Below, piece by piece: positions 12,348 through 25,446 of a DNA stretch of 56,687 nucleotides. Both the position numbers and the translations under genes were made by a program. The stretch's first letter is position 1; each line of letters begins with the position of its first letter. Source of the DNA: Octopus bimaculoides (taxonomy: Eukaryota); NCBI RefSeq assembly GCF_001194135.2, contig NC_068982.1, positions 165,773,699 to 165,830,385 of the forward strand. Reading direction: 5' to 3'. The notes under the pieces were generated by a model. The model saw nothing but the letters and a program-made list of their open reading frames with translations, ran no database searches and was not told the origin of the DNA.

Positions 12348-12432
12348 GTTCGATTCACAGCAACATACTGGGCGCGAGCGCTCACTCTTAGTCGAAGACA
12401 GAGATGTGAAAAAGAGGAAACGGGAGCAGAAG
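12348..12432 (+). CDS. Candidate internal exon (85 nt)
   Basis: Acceptor AATCCTTGTCAG, donor AAG|GTATGC, GC-rich relative to the flanks. Open frames FDSQQHTGRERSLLVEDRDVKKRKREQK or VRFTATYWARALTLSRRQRCEKEETGAE. Confidence 0.35.
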
Positions 12433-14516
12433 GTATGCTAATACTGTGAACTTCACTTTAAACGAAACTATGTGCATACAGATTTATATTTCTCTTGCGT
12501 GTGTATTCGTCTACTATAGTATGTGAAATTTTATCGACATATGACTCTTTTACTATAGTTTCGTACACAAACGGAGATATTTCTATATTGCAATGCTTGC
12601 ACACTTCACCTTTACTTATGTACATTCCTAATCAACGAGTTAGCATTAATAAGGAAGTTTCAGAACAAGGGCTTTCAAGCAATTTTATGTAAGTATTCTA
12701 TGAAACTGTATCTTACACACCAAGCCTGTTTCATTAATGCTCGCTTGTTTATCATTTATAGCAGAACTGAGCCAATCTCTGGAGGCTGGTAATTGAACGA
12801 TTTCATAATAGTATACAGAATTTAAACTTTACGTGCAAGTTATTGAAGCCCTTGTCGACAACACGGTGCTTGCGTTATTGATAGTTAACATAGACCAAGC
12901 TTTTGGTGCGTTAATAATCTAGATTCATTTTGTTTTAGTGCTACACAAGTGATGGAATACAGGCTGTAATTCTTCGTGTTAAATCAAATTTTCGATTCCA
13001 CTATTTGATCTTTAAAACAATTACTTAGTGCAATCACAGATTTATGATCAAGGTATAAACTTTTCCACATGAATTAATAAACACTATTTATATTTTTAAA
13101 AATGTATCATTCCTCTTGTGTATGACGTGTAAAGTATTATATAATTTGGATATGCGTTGCAGTTTAGCCCGTTGAGGTAATTAGGTTTGATTAGATAAAG
13201 CTAGCAAATTAATTACCATTAGTGAATATTTGTTCGTAAATGCCTCAGTTTATCCAATTAAGGCCAATTGAAATTTTAATCAGTTTAATAATGTCTCAAC
13301 GCCAACACGTAATTGAAATTAACCAGTTATTAATCTGTAATATTAATAGCTATTCCAGTCGAGCAGCGTAGATGACGATGCAAAACTCCATCGGACCAAG
13401 TCTTCATTGTAGAGCTATTGGTTCAAACCATTTTCTGAAAATTGTCTTTAAAATGTTGGAACGTCACAACCTCCAATCATAATTTCTCTGAAATATAGAA
13501 TCGACATAACAAGCTCAGAATAAATATATATAGTCTTTAAATAAATCATTCGGTTTCAAATTTAGAAGTTGCGTGTAGTCGATTATATTTGTTTGAGAAT
13601 ATTATTTGACCGACAACGGATGGACGGACAGCAAATATGACGACAAAGGGTTTTGAATGTAGAATGCAGAGAGTTGTAATAAATTGCATTTTGACCCATC
13701 GCTATTCAGATTCTGAGAAAAGACATTTTCTCAAGGCTACATATTTAATTAGATTATATTCGATTTAATATCTCCAGGAGGTCGCTGGTATTTATTTCAC
13801 TGACGCCGCTAGCATTATGCACCGTCGATCACAAACAAGAGTAATCCACAATTTGATTTGCTTTTAATTTCTGCCTTTAAGGAAATGTATCTATTTAAAT
13901 TATGAATATATAAATCATTGCATCGTTTCATATTTCACAACGGCGAGCAACTGATTATCTACATATAGCTTTCATACAGTACTTTCCTTTTCTCTGATGA
14001 TTTTGTTTTCTTTTTCAGGAGACTAAACGTATTCCCAGACGTTCTAAATATTTAATAATTGAAACACTTTACATTAAGGCATCATCCTATTTTAACACTA
14101 TGGAGTTTAGATTAATGATGGGTAACACTACAGGCAAAAGCCATTTGACATATATCAAACCTTTCTGTTGGTGTTGAACTATCTCGTACATAACATGTGT
14201 CTCCAGGAAAATGCTGCATTGTCGAATATATTTTATTTAGGTTGGATAAATATGCCATTAACATTACATCAATCACTAATTTTGTTTGTTGTATTCTTTT
14301 TGCAAGCACTCTTATACACTAGATAATATCCTTGGGATATGGAAGAAAAAAATCTATATATTCATGTGGCTTCCCGCTGATTTTAAAATGATTTCTAATC
14401 AGTATTTCCAACTAACAAAATCCTCGCTAATTATACATTACTGTGTATGGTCGTCGTTTTCATAGAGATAATTCTAATTAAGATTCTGAGCTTATATGTT
14501 TCGGCGGGGACTTTGT

Positions 14517-14561
14517 ATATATATATATATATATATATATACGTGTGTGTTTGTGTGCGTG

Positions 14562-14640
<79 letters not shown>
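14517..14640. repeat. (AT)n/(GT)n microsatellite
   Basis: Directly visible. Confidence 0.97.
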
Positions 14641-14644
<4 letters not shown>

Positions 14645-14919
14645 TTGTGTTCCCGCATGCGTGCGTGTGTGCGTATGTGATATATATAAATATATATATG
14701 TGTATATCTATACATATATATTTAAAGAGAAAGGGGAAGAGAGAGAGAGAGAGATAGTTGTCAAAGACAGTCGTTCATTTCTTTCCAATGTTATTTGAAT
14801 TAACGCAAAAACTATTTCTTGGAATTTTGTATCTCTATTTTTTCCTTTCAAGTTTTGTCTATCGTCTTTGAAATTTGAATAAATTTTACGTTTCTTTTAG
14901 ACATATGACGATGGAGTGA

Positions 14920-15350
14920 AGAGTAGAAAAAAAATGAGCATATTCGTTATTTGCTTCTTTTCGCTTTCAATCCAGGTTCCAAAGCATCCAAAACTGCGAA
15001 AGAGATTTGTACTATGTACGGAGAAGGCGCTATTACTGAGCGATAGGCACAGAAATAGTTTTCACGTTTCAAGGAGAGAAAATACAACCAAGACTTTTCG
15101 CATTACTGACAACCTGTTCAGTTCAGTGAGGATAGATTAAAGAAGCTATTTCACGAGGAGTTGCTCCAGTCCACTAGGAAATTCCCCCAGCATATGGGGT
15201 ATCCCATGCAACCGGTTCCACTTTTACTTTTGTATTCTCTTCCTATACCGTCTTCCAATTGTTGTCTTTTTCGGTTGCTCTCCAACAGTCTCCGAGGCGT
15301 TTTGTTCAACAATGAAAAACAATGTATTGCTTTACTAGTTGATGAAAAAC
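14920..15350 (+). mobile_element. mariner (DD34D-type) transposase relic, N-terminal half
   Basis: NEHIRYLLLFAFNPGSKASKTAKEICTMYGEGAITER*AQK*FSRFK…QPVQFSEDRLKKLFHEELLQSTRK matches the mariner HTH region. NNEKQCI corresponds to the GDEKWC first-Asp motif. Confidence 0.85.
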
Positions 15351-15356
15351 AAGGAT

Positions 15357-15398
<42 letters not shown>

Positions 15399-15502
15399 GC
15401 ATGTATGATTGTCAGATAAATCTGCTCGTTTTTTATTCCCCTTTATATTGATCCTTGTTTTTCATCAACTAGTAGAGCAATACATTATTTCTCATTGTTG
15501 AA
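15305..15502. repeat. 59-bp inverted repeat (15305-15363 and 15444-15502)
   Basis: 3 mismatches in 59 bp; the spacer begins with (AT)n. Confidence 0.95.
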
Positions 15503-15511
15503 TATATATAT

Positions 15512-15729
15512 GGAGGCGCGTGGCTTAGTGGTTAGGATGTCAGCATCATGATCGTAAAATTGTGGTTTCGATTCCTGAACCGGACACTTCATTTCACGTT
15601 GCTCCAGTTCACTCAGCTGGCAAAAATGAGTGATGCTGCGATGGACTGGCGTCCCATCCAGCTGGGGAACACACGCCACTGAAACCGGGAAACCGGGCCC
15701 ATGAGCCTGGCTAGGCTTTAAAAGGGCGC

Positions 15730-15730
<1 letters not shown>
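15512..15730 (+). mobile_element. tRNA-derived SINE with V-domain-like core
   Basis: A box TGGCTTAGTGG, B box GGTTTCGATTCC, core GCGATGGACTGGCGTCCCATCCAG resembling the V-SINE domain, and an (AT)n tail. Confidence 0.8.
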
Positions 15731-15765
<35 letters not shown>

Positions 15766-17508
15766 TTGGACTTGTTAATTCCAGTATATTATTCATCCAT
15801 GTAGATGTTCCCTCGGGGGTTTTTACCCGTAGGATTGCGTATTATTTCTTTTGTTTGACCTGAAATTTTGTTTCTTGAAAATCTAATCAATGCTGAGACT
15901 ACTGTTATACGCAGAAGTAAAGTGACAGACATCGTGAACGCTTATCTCCACCAGATTTATTTATTTAATAATGATTGCCGAATTTGGTTATAAATAAGTT
16001 ACTAATTTGCATAAATATGAAAATATTATGTTTTAAAATCATACCGCATAATGCAAGTGAAGTAGTAATAATGATTTGATATTTTCTTTGGAAGAGTTAT
16101 CCTATAAGTTATCAAATATCTGTTTAAAAGAGCGAGTTGAAGAAAGCATTCAACATAAGTTGTTCTGTTTTTTAGAAAAGTCCTTTATATCAGTTATCTT
16201 CGGCAGTACTTGTATCCACTCCGAATAATTAACTTCGGTTTCTAGTATTTTACTGGCACTTATTTTAAAAGAAAATTAAACATGTTTAATTTCATGATGA
16301 ATGCTTGTTTTTCAATTATTAGACCGTTCCTGAATATATTTATATGTGTGTGTATGTGTATGTATCTCCGTGTCTACTTTTGCATGAGGTGAGCGAGCAT
16401 CATTTTATTAGACACGAAAATAGGCTGGCAACAGAAATGATATGATGAAGCGAGAATAAATGGAATGGGACACAGAAAATGAAATGAAGCTGAAATTATC
16501 CCAAAGAAATCAGTTATTCTTTTATCACTGATTTTAAAATCAATGAATCCATAACGTGATAGAAAATATGTGGAAGGACAGAAAACAGCACGCATGAATT
16601 CAATGCTAACAATGTTTTCTTTATTTTTGAGCAGTCAGAAAAATTTAAATTTTGGAAAATGCTTTTAGCGAGCTGCCTTTTCAGTAAATGAGATTTTAAG
16701 TTAACCTTTAGGAAGAATGGGATTTTTTTTTTTAGCTAATATTTTTCCCCTTAAAACAAAAACAAAAACATTTCAGAACAAATTTGAATTGATATCCGAT
16801 GAAGAACATTATAGAGTTTGTTAAGCAGGTGGAATTCGTATCTTCAGTATTGTGCGTAGTGTAGAAATACATAATTTTAGAGATGGCTACACAGTTGTAT
16901 ATACAGAGATACAGATATATATATGGAAATAGATATCTTGGGTAATATGAGATATTTTATAACATAGCTACAAAACTAGAAATTAGATGGATCGGTTTAA
17001 TTAGTTACAACTACGCCACTACCTAGTTTGTACTTCATAATATAGATTCTCGACCGATGAAAAAGAAAACGAGACTCTGGTGGGATTTTAATTCGGAAAG
17101 AAACCGGAATATTTACCGCAAGACATTTTGTCCGATACTCAAACGACTCTGCTAATCAACTTTATATAATATATGGCAATTTTTTTTAGAGTAGAGCAGG
17201 AAAAAAATAATAGTTCGTTGAAGATAGGAAATTAGACAAATAAATGTAAAAATACGGGGAGAAAGAGACAAGGAGGCTTCTAATTATGACGTTTACAATA
17301 TGAGATACATGCACGAAACTCCTTTGGTATTTGCCAATTATGAGCATGTAATATTTAAATATTATGCCGTGTCGAATTCCCCAGTTTTTTCTCCCATATT
17401 TATTAAAGTACATTTATTCCCAGCAGTAGTTGTTCTACTTTTTTTATTAGTAGATTGTATCAGAATAAATTGAACAATAAACAAAGACTATGAAATTACT
17501 GTACTTAC

Positions 17509-17587
17509 CGAGTTGCATTTCATTAATATATATTTCATTATAAGACTACAAAATGTAAATGGAAATATTATTTGCCGGAAGTTATGT
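17509..17587 (-). other. Candidate exon (possibly UTR or non-coding)
   Basis: Acceptor GTTTTGTTCTATGCAG and donor TCG|GTAAGT. One open frame: HNFRQIIFPFTFCSLIMKYILMKCNS. Confidence 0.2.
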
Positions 17588-19061
17588 CTGCATAGAACAA
17601 AACATTTGAAATATTCATACACTCATCTAATAGAATTAAAAAATATAAAGCAAGTGGAAGATTTTGAAACTTAGAACATTTTCTCCGGCTAACATCTAGA
17701 ATGTATAATTTTAATAAACTATAAAACTTTACAAATGTTTGGAACACATACATATATATTAGCATGCAAACATATATATATTGCACCTAATCCTCTTCGC
17801 ACTCAAATACACATACTGACACATATAAGCACCGAAATGCACATATACACATTAACATGCTTAAACGTAAATATATGCATGCATATGTACATCCATGACC
17901 AACGAGGAAAGAGGAAATGTAACGGATGCTAATGCTATTGTGACATCACCAGTAAAATATTTATCTCCAGCGCCAAAAGCAATATGTTTTAATGCTGCAA
18001 AATTTAATTCCCCCCGACGTCGTTACCTCTACAACCATCATCTATAGCAAAATATCAGCGAACGCTTTCGTTAAATTAGCCTGAACAACAGACAAATATT
18101 GAGCACAAAATTTCGGAGAGGATAATGTCTCAACAGAAAAGAGGACAAGAAGTTTGCTACTGAGAGTATTAGGGTGGAGGCAAGAGGTGCACAGTGACGT
18201 AGCTATACATAGTGACATGCAGAGTGAAAAAGTGTCTGGGTCATCTGGTAACGTCTAGTAACTGGCTGATTTCGTCCATTGTGGCTGCCGAACGGGGAGA
18301 ATCCAGGTCAAATTACTCTGTGAGTGTGACACTAAAAGCTATTCTATTTCTCTGGTGACTATTAAGAAGGATTACAGTGAAGGCGAAGCTGATGAAAATG
18401 CTGCTAGAGAAAAATAACATCTCGTGACTTGTGACTTGTAAACGAAAATATTGCAAGGAATGGAATTTCGTTCCATGCCTTAATACGCTCCGGACATAAA
18501 TTTGGATCTGACTGAGCTGCACAGTGGTACCCATTTCTTGTTGATAGTGAAAGGAGAAGCTTCAGGTCTTACGTATGTAGTATACTAAATACGTACTGTC
18601 ATTATTTTGACTGCGGTGAACGTCAAAGGATGAATATCCAAACTGCGCTCAACCCTATAATCAAGTTACAAAAACATTAACAATACAAGTTCCACACCAA
18701 ATGCAGCAACAACAAAATACCAAAAGCAGCAAAAGTTCCTACTATGTCGACAACAGCGGCAGCAGAATTAACAACGGTAACCACAAATGAAAGAAGCTTC
18801 CGAGGAGAACCAAAAGCAAAGTACAGTCACACATAAGCATGCAAAACTTGGCTATTGTGTGTGTGTGTGTGAATGTATGTGTGTGCATGTATGTATAAGA
18901 NNNNNNNNNNNNNNNNNNNNNNNNNNNNNNNNNNNNNNNNNNNNNNNNNNNNNNNNNNNNNNNNNNNNNNNNNNNNNNNNNNNNNNNNNNNNNNNNNNNN
19001 NNNNNNNNNNNNNNNNNNNNNNNNNNNNNNNNNNNNNNNNGTGTGTGCGGGTGTGTGCGGG

Positions 19062-19094
<33 letters not shown>

Positions 19095-20054
19095 AATTGT
19101 TAAAAAGGACGTCAAACATTAAGGCAAGGCAAACATCTCAAGTCATATACAATATTGTTACAAGAAGAAATTCAAAATCTTACAGCTACTTCTTAGATAT
19201 CCTCCAGTATGGGATATTCCGTCATCAGAGACAAATTGGGGAAAAATATGGAAAATGAGAATGGTATCTATCAATAAGAGGACAACAGAGAGGAAGGGAG
19301 TAAAAGAATAAGGGGATGGAATGAGAGAAGAAAATAAAAGCATAAAAATTCATAGCTCAACTTTCCGAAGAAACCAGAGCATGAGTCCTTAAGTGCAATC
19401 CTGCATAGATCCATGAGTGTAAGTCTTTAGGTGCAATCCTGCGTATATCCATGTGGGTTAAAGTCCTTATATAGTTGACATTCCAAGAAAAAGATGCAAA
19501 TACATCATCGTTCAATAACAGAATGCTAGCAGAGGTGGCTGTTTATTGGTAAAAGTAAAGAAAAGAAAAGAAGTAGAAAGAGGATTGGATAGAGTGAGGT
19601 ACGGGGGGGGGAGTTAAGGATTGGCTGTATAATAAGGTAATGTCTATATGTGTATGGTATCTAAGAATTGAGTATGGGGTAGCCGTTACAGCACTTACCT
19701 AGTGTACCTAATCGTTTAGATCACCTGTGAACTAAACGGCCGTTACGTTTTGAGCCTACGCTCTTCGACAGAAAGGATTAAGAGTAAAAAACGAGGAGAG
19801 AATGAAAAAGATGGAGAGTGGAAAAATGTACAGAATTCAACGGTCCAACATGGCGATATGTATNNNNNNNNNNNNNNNNNNNNNNNNNNNNNNNNNNNAT
19901 ATATCAGTGGATTAAATTATTAGTAGTCATCTTGTTTTTAAACAGCTGTGTGTGAGTCGCCGGACGTTTAGCCGTCATTTCTACCAGATCGGAAGACTGT
20001 TCATAGATATCAATTCTGTTTCCATATCGTTGATGTTGTTCATAGTTATATTAC

Positions 20055-20125
20055 CTAGGTATTATTGTTTTTAATGATGTTATCAGTTGTATTCGTTTCT
20101 GACACAATTTGCAACGTCTAATATC
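20055..20125 (-). other. Candidate exon
   Basis: Strong polypyrimidine acceptor CCTCCAACCTTCTTCTCACAG and donor TAG|GTAATA. Frame DIRRCKLCQKRIQLITSLKTIIP. Confidence 0.2.
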
Positions 20126-21478
20126 CTGTGAGAAGAAGGTTGGAGGAATGGAAAATCTGTATAACGATAGTTACAATGCCGTGCGCTTTTCAATTACGCC
20201 CTTTCCAATTTCTGTTCAAACGTCACTCAGCCATACATTGTCTTTTAAACATTCTAGGGTTCTTAAAATAACAGTCATGTATGGGGCTGAATTAAACCAA
20301 CTACAATAATATCCTAAACTCTGTGTGCTTGTGCCTTTTGCATTCTTTACATTTCCCCTTATTAATTTTATTTTCATTTTACCTTCATTTACTCAATCTA
20401 AGTTTCAGTCTTATAATTTATTTCATTATTTCATCATTTCAATTCTTGTATATTCTTGTTTTCATTCTAATGTCTTTTTTATATATTTCATTCTTCTTTT
20501 TCTATATGTCTGTATATCAAGTAATAAAATGTGTGACATTTTGATGAAAATTCCATGTTTACAAGAAAATATTTTTAGACTAACTCGGAAGCAAGCATAA
20601 ACCAATGTGTTCTCTCCCTCACTTTCCCTCACTTTCTCTTTTTTCTTTCTCTTTAACTCCACCCCCCCCCATCTCTCTCTCTCTCTGTATTTTTCTCTCT
20701 CTTTCTTTCTCTCTTTCGCTCTATTTCTTTCTCTCTCTTTCTCTCCTTCTCTCTTTCTCTCCTTCTCTCTTTCTCTCCTCGCTTTTTCTCTCTCGCTTTT
20801 CTCTTATCGCTTATTTTTCTCCTAGATGCTCAAAAATACACAGGTATAGTAACAATACAATTACATACAAGCATGAACATCACACAACATGATTATATAT
20901 TCAAGAAAATGCTCCAGAGTCATTAAACATATAGAATATACAACTCAATCTCTTCTTCTCATTTTCCTCCCTTGCAATACAGATACATGGTGGAAATATA
21001 TACGCAAACCAAACTCTATGCACCCAAAGTTTTCACTCGAAGCGTAAAAAATACACAAAATTATACATACACACTCATATACGTGACATAAAAATATTTA
21101 TATGGACACAACGTAGACACAATAAAAATACAAATTTTAATTTAATTTAATTTAAAATTGATAGATATATAAACTCATGCTTATATAAACTGCACATGCA
21201 TAAAACGTCAATACAAACGTATAGACGCACACATATAGACACACACTCACACACGCACGCACACTCTCTCACATACACACACACACACACACACACACAT
21301 CAATAGATGACATCAAATATCTCCCAATGAAAAGCGATGACATTCAAATGAGAAATAAATGGAGTCAGAACATACATGTCTGTCTCCACATTACTTACAT
21401 CTAAAACTTCGATATATATATATAGTATGCATACACTCCTAACACACACATACACAAGCACACATAGACTTGTATATA

Positions 21479-21520
<42 letters not shown>

Positions 21521-22619
21521 NNNNNNNNNNNNNNNNNNNNNNNNNNNNNNNNNNNNNNNNNNNNNNNNNNNNNNNNNNNNNNNNNNNNNNNNNNNNNNNN
21601 NNNNNNNNNNNNNNNNNNNNNNNNNNNNNNNNNNNNNNNNNNNNNNNNNNNNNNNNNNNNNNNNNNNNNNNNNNNNNNNNNNNNNNNNNNNNNNNNNNNN
21701 NNNNNNNNNNNNNNNNNNNNNNNNNNNNNNNNNNNNNNNNNNNNNNNNNNNNNNNNNNNNNNNNNNNNNNNNNNNNNNNNNNNNNNNNNNNNNNNNNNNN
21801 NNNNNNNNNNNNNNNNCACAGATACTAAAAAAGTCACTAACTTTTTATGTTTGTGTAGGGGTGGGAAGTATTGCTTTTGATTCACTTAAAAAAGAATCTA
21901 ATTTCCATATGCAAATTTATAACAAGACATATATTCAGCAGCTAGTTACACAAGAGGCTGTATTGTTTTCTTTCACTCTTCAAAATAATGAAAACTCCAT
22001 TAATTTGCAATTTGTATTTTTTTCTCTTTTGTTGCTGTCTGTTTTACTTTTTTTTATGTTATGGTGTTTATATCCGTTTCTTTATTTTTTCCTCCAGTAT
22101 GTTGCATCTGTTGTTACTGCATTCATATTTTATATTTTTTCCAGTGTGTTTGCATCTGTTGTTACTGCGTTCATATTTTACATTCTTTGAAAGTGTCTCA
22201 GTTACCGAAATCGGTAAGTGTAGGACTACCGCAAAATGTAGAGACACTTTGCGACATTGTTCTTGAGAGGGTGTTCTTCACATGCCAGAATTGGCAGTTA
22301 TCACCAGTTATACATAAATGGCATGTTGTTCGTTATTCATTGTAAACAGCACCGTCATCGATAAATGGCATTACCAGAAATTTTTGTTCCATATATTATA
22401 TATATTCTTTATATATGGAAATATATGTCGAGAAGGCTTCACTCATTCCTCATGTTACATTTATTTGAAAAAGAATTAGGCAGTTTGATGCTCTCCGGTT
22501 AAAATTCGTATCGCTTTATATCTAAACTATGTAATTCTTTATTCACTAATAGCATTCATAATGGAAGTGAATATTTCTAGTGGGCAATTGTTGATTATAT
22601 ACTATATAACTTACCAATA

Positions 22620-23410
22620 CTCACTCCATGCTGGCTATTTTCCTGATGATTTTCCACCCCAGGCGATTGTCCCAGTTTTCAAACAGAGCAACAAACTGTT
22701 GACAGTGAATAACCGACCGACCTCACTTTTCTGTCTTATCATCAAATTATTTGCTAGAGTGGTAAAATCTCGAGTAACCGACTTCTTGGAAAGTAACAGC
22801 CTACTTATTCCCTAATAGGAAGATTTCGGTAATGTCTGATACGGCTTTTGCGTAAATTTGAAGAGAGCTCCAATGCTGATGTTATACTTTTACTTCATCA
22901 AAGCCCTCGACAAGGTTGATCAAAGCATACTGTTAAAAAAAACTATCCAACATTGGAGTGCATTTCATTAATGACATCATTTACGTCTTCAAATACAGCG
23001 TAATTATAATTTTCGTAGATGAATCCAAGCTCTGAAGTGTATCCATAGAGTAGAAGACCGGGCAAATCTCCAACCAGATCTAACCGCTCTTATCCAACGG
23101 GCAGAAATACACATTATAGAGCTAAACGAGAATAAATTTGAATTAATTCATTCCACCTCAGGAAGAAGACTGCATTGAAGCTAACATACATTCTTCCCTC
23201 GGGCGAAAACTTCGTAGCATCAAACACCTCTAGGATTAACTAGTGACGACAACTTGAGATGGATTGCCCTCATGAACAACACAGCTGATATTTCTCCCTG
23301 GGCGTGTTCCTGGAACCTCAGGACTTTCCTGGCAAGAGACGTTCCTACCGTCATCGTTCTCTTCTCCATCTTCACTTGTCCTCACTTTGAATATTGTTGC
23401 ACGCTAAGTT
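22620..23410 (+). mobile_element. Decayed CR1/L2 (Jockey-group) RT fragment
   Basis: AIVPVFKQ…NNRPTSLFCLIIKLF (YRPISL equivalent), KALDKVD, FVDESKL (YADD equivalent), LELNENKFELI, GLTSDDNLRW and PHFEYCC. Many lesions. Confidence 0.8.
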
Positions 23411-23482
23411 ACAGAGACGTAAACAAACCAACACAGACTGGTGGGGGACAAACACAAACACATACACACACACGCACACACG

Positions 23483-23524
<42 letters not shown>

Positions 23525-23795
23525 TACAGGGTGTCACAGAATTAACTATTTCAATGAAATCGGGCTAAGTTAAGAGAACTGACTGAATTTTATGTTTCTT
23601 ACTTAATTATAATAGCAAAACAAATGAATTTATAAATTCTACGTAGAAAATTTATTGAAATTTTTCAACAAGTGCTCCGTTTATATTCCTGCTAGGTTTC
23701 AAATCTATCCTTAGCATTGCAAAAGACATTTGAAGCAGTGCAAGAGATAAATCTAAGTTCAGCTAAACTATTGCTCCGTCCTGGGGATGGAGGTA
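23525..23795 (-). mobile_element. Tc1/mariner 3' end with TIR; the remainder is in the N gap
   Basis: TA|CAGGGTGTCACAGAATTAACT terminus. The minus strand reads …RIDLKPSRNINGALVEK, typical of a Tc1/mariner C-terminus. Confidence 0.55.
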
Positions 23796-24462
23796 GNNNN
23801 NNNNNNNNNNNNNNNNNNNNNNNNNNNNNNNNNNNNNNNNNNNNNNNNNNNNNNNNNNNNNNNNNNNNNNNNNNNNNNNNNNNNNNNNNNNNNNNNNNNN
23901 NNNNNNNNNNNNNNNNNNNNNNNNNNNNNNNNNNNNNNNNNNNNNNNNNNNNNNNNNNNNNNNNNNNNNNNNNNNNNNNNNNNNNNNNNNNNNNNNNNNN
24001 NNNNNNNNNNNNNNNNNNNNNNNNNNNNNNNNNNNNNNNNNNNNNNNNNNNNNNNNNNNNNNNNNNNNNNNNNNNNNNNNNNNNNNNNNNNNNNNNNNNN
24101 NNNNNNNNNNNNNNNNNNNNNNNNNNNNNNNNNNNNNNNNNNNNNNNNNNNNNNNNNNNNNNNNNNNNNNNNNNNNNNNNNNNNNNNNNNNNNNNNNNNN
24201 NNNNNNNNNNNNNNNNNNNNNNNNNNNNNNNNNNNNNNNNNNNNNNNNNNNNNNNNNNNNNNNNNNNNNNNNNNNNNNNNNNNNNNNNNNNNNNNNNNNN
24301 NNNNNNNNNNNNNNNNNNNNNNNNNNNNNNNNNNNNNNNNNNNNNNNNNNNNNNNNNNNNNNNNNNNNNNNNNNNNNNNNNNNNNNNNNNNNNNNNNNNN
24401 NNNNNNNNNNNNNNNNNNNNNNNNNNNNNNNNNNNNNNNNNNNNNNNNNNNNNNNNNNNNNN

Positions 24463-24490
<28 letters not shown>

Positions 24491-24493
<3 letters not shown>

Positions 24494-24648
24494 GACGGGA
24501 TTCGTTCAGTTTCTGTCATCCAAATCCACTCACAAGGCCTTGGTCGGCTCGAGGTTAGAGTAGAAGACACATGCTCAAGGTGCTACTGCGTGGCACTGAA
24601 CCCAAAGCTATGTGGTTGGGAAGCAAGCTTCTAACCACATAGCCATGC
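24491..24648 (-). mobile_element. tRNA-derived SINE with Deu/Nin-like domain
   Basis: Minus strand: TGGCTATGTGG (A box), GGGTTCAGTGCC (B box), CCAAGGCCTTGTGAGTGGATTTGGATGACAGAAACTG, then an (AT)n tail. Confidence 0.75.
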
Positions 24649-25446
24649 ATGTGTATGTATATGTATACACGCATGTATATATATATACACACACACATAC
24701 ACACAACGAAAATGCACATATAAGTGTGTGTGTCTGTATGTGTATCTATGTGTGCGTGCGTGTGAGTATCTTGTAGTATAAATTCCGACTAAGCGGGACA
24801 GGAAAGTCTTGCACCGAATAGATCATACTAAGAAACGTTATCGAACAATGCCGGGAGTTCTAGATTCTCTTAACTTCAGGAAAGCTCTTTATCCTGAATC
24901 CAAGTACCTTTGGTGACAGTTCTTCATTTCGCGAACTAAACCTTTAAATCCTAAATTTACAATCAGGCATATACATATGTTCGACAAAACCAAGAAATTT
25001 CTTACAATATTTATGGTTTTGTCTCTAGGCTGATTCAATCTCATGACGGTTATTTTCCATAAATATTTGTAAAATAGCGTGTATATTAGAGTCAAGAAAT
25101 CGATAATATATATCTTGTTAATCAGTGTTTATCTTACTCTTAAGGTTTCTTATTAGTTAAACGTTTTCTCTCCATATAGATTACGCATAATGTCATATGC
25201 TTACCTATCCTACTAATTTATCTCGCAAGAGACGAAATCAGTACATATGAGAATATGTATATTTAATCTGACTATATATATGCGTTCACATGCATACGTT
25301 TATATGTATATAACTACATATATATATGTGTGTATGTGTGTGTCTGTGTATGTGTGCTTCTTTATGTATGTGTGTGTGTTTTTATGTATATATGTACATA
25401 AGTACGTACTTATATATGTATTTATTTATGCATGTATGTATATACG

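Noticed and set aside
15512-15590. tRNA-like heads here and at 24560-24648, 47160-47258 and 48431-48500
   Set aside because: A and B boxes are present, but there is no proper cloverleaf or acceptor stem and each continues into a SINE body; they are not tRNA genes.
18262-18590. Frame with MP*YAPDINL (PPYSPD-like) and LTELHSGTHFLLIVKG (FN3-like)
   Set aside because: Multiple stops, no usable acceptor, and two mutually exclusive weak resemblances.
20605-20892. Hydrophobic F/L/S-rich ORFs suggesting membrane proteins (also 35286-35671)
   Set aside because: They are translations of CT/GA-rich low-complexity tracts.
23692-24634. Long 258-305 aa ORFs
   Set aside because: They are open only because they span an N gap; the same applies to 54305-55328, 21376-21885 and 34762-35307.
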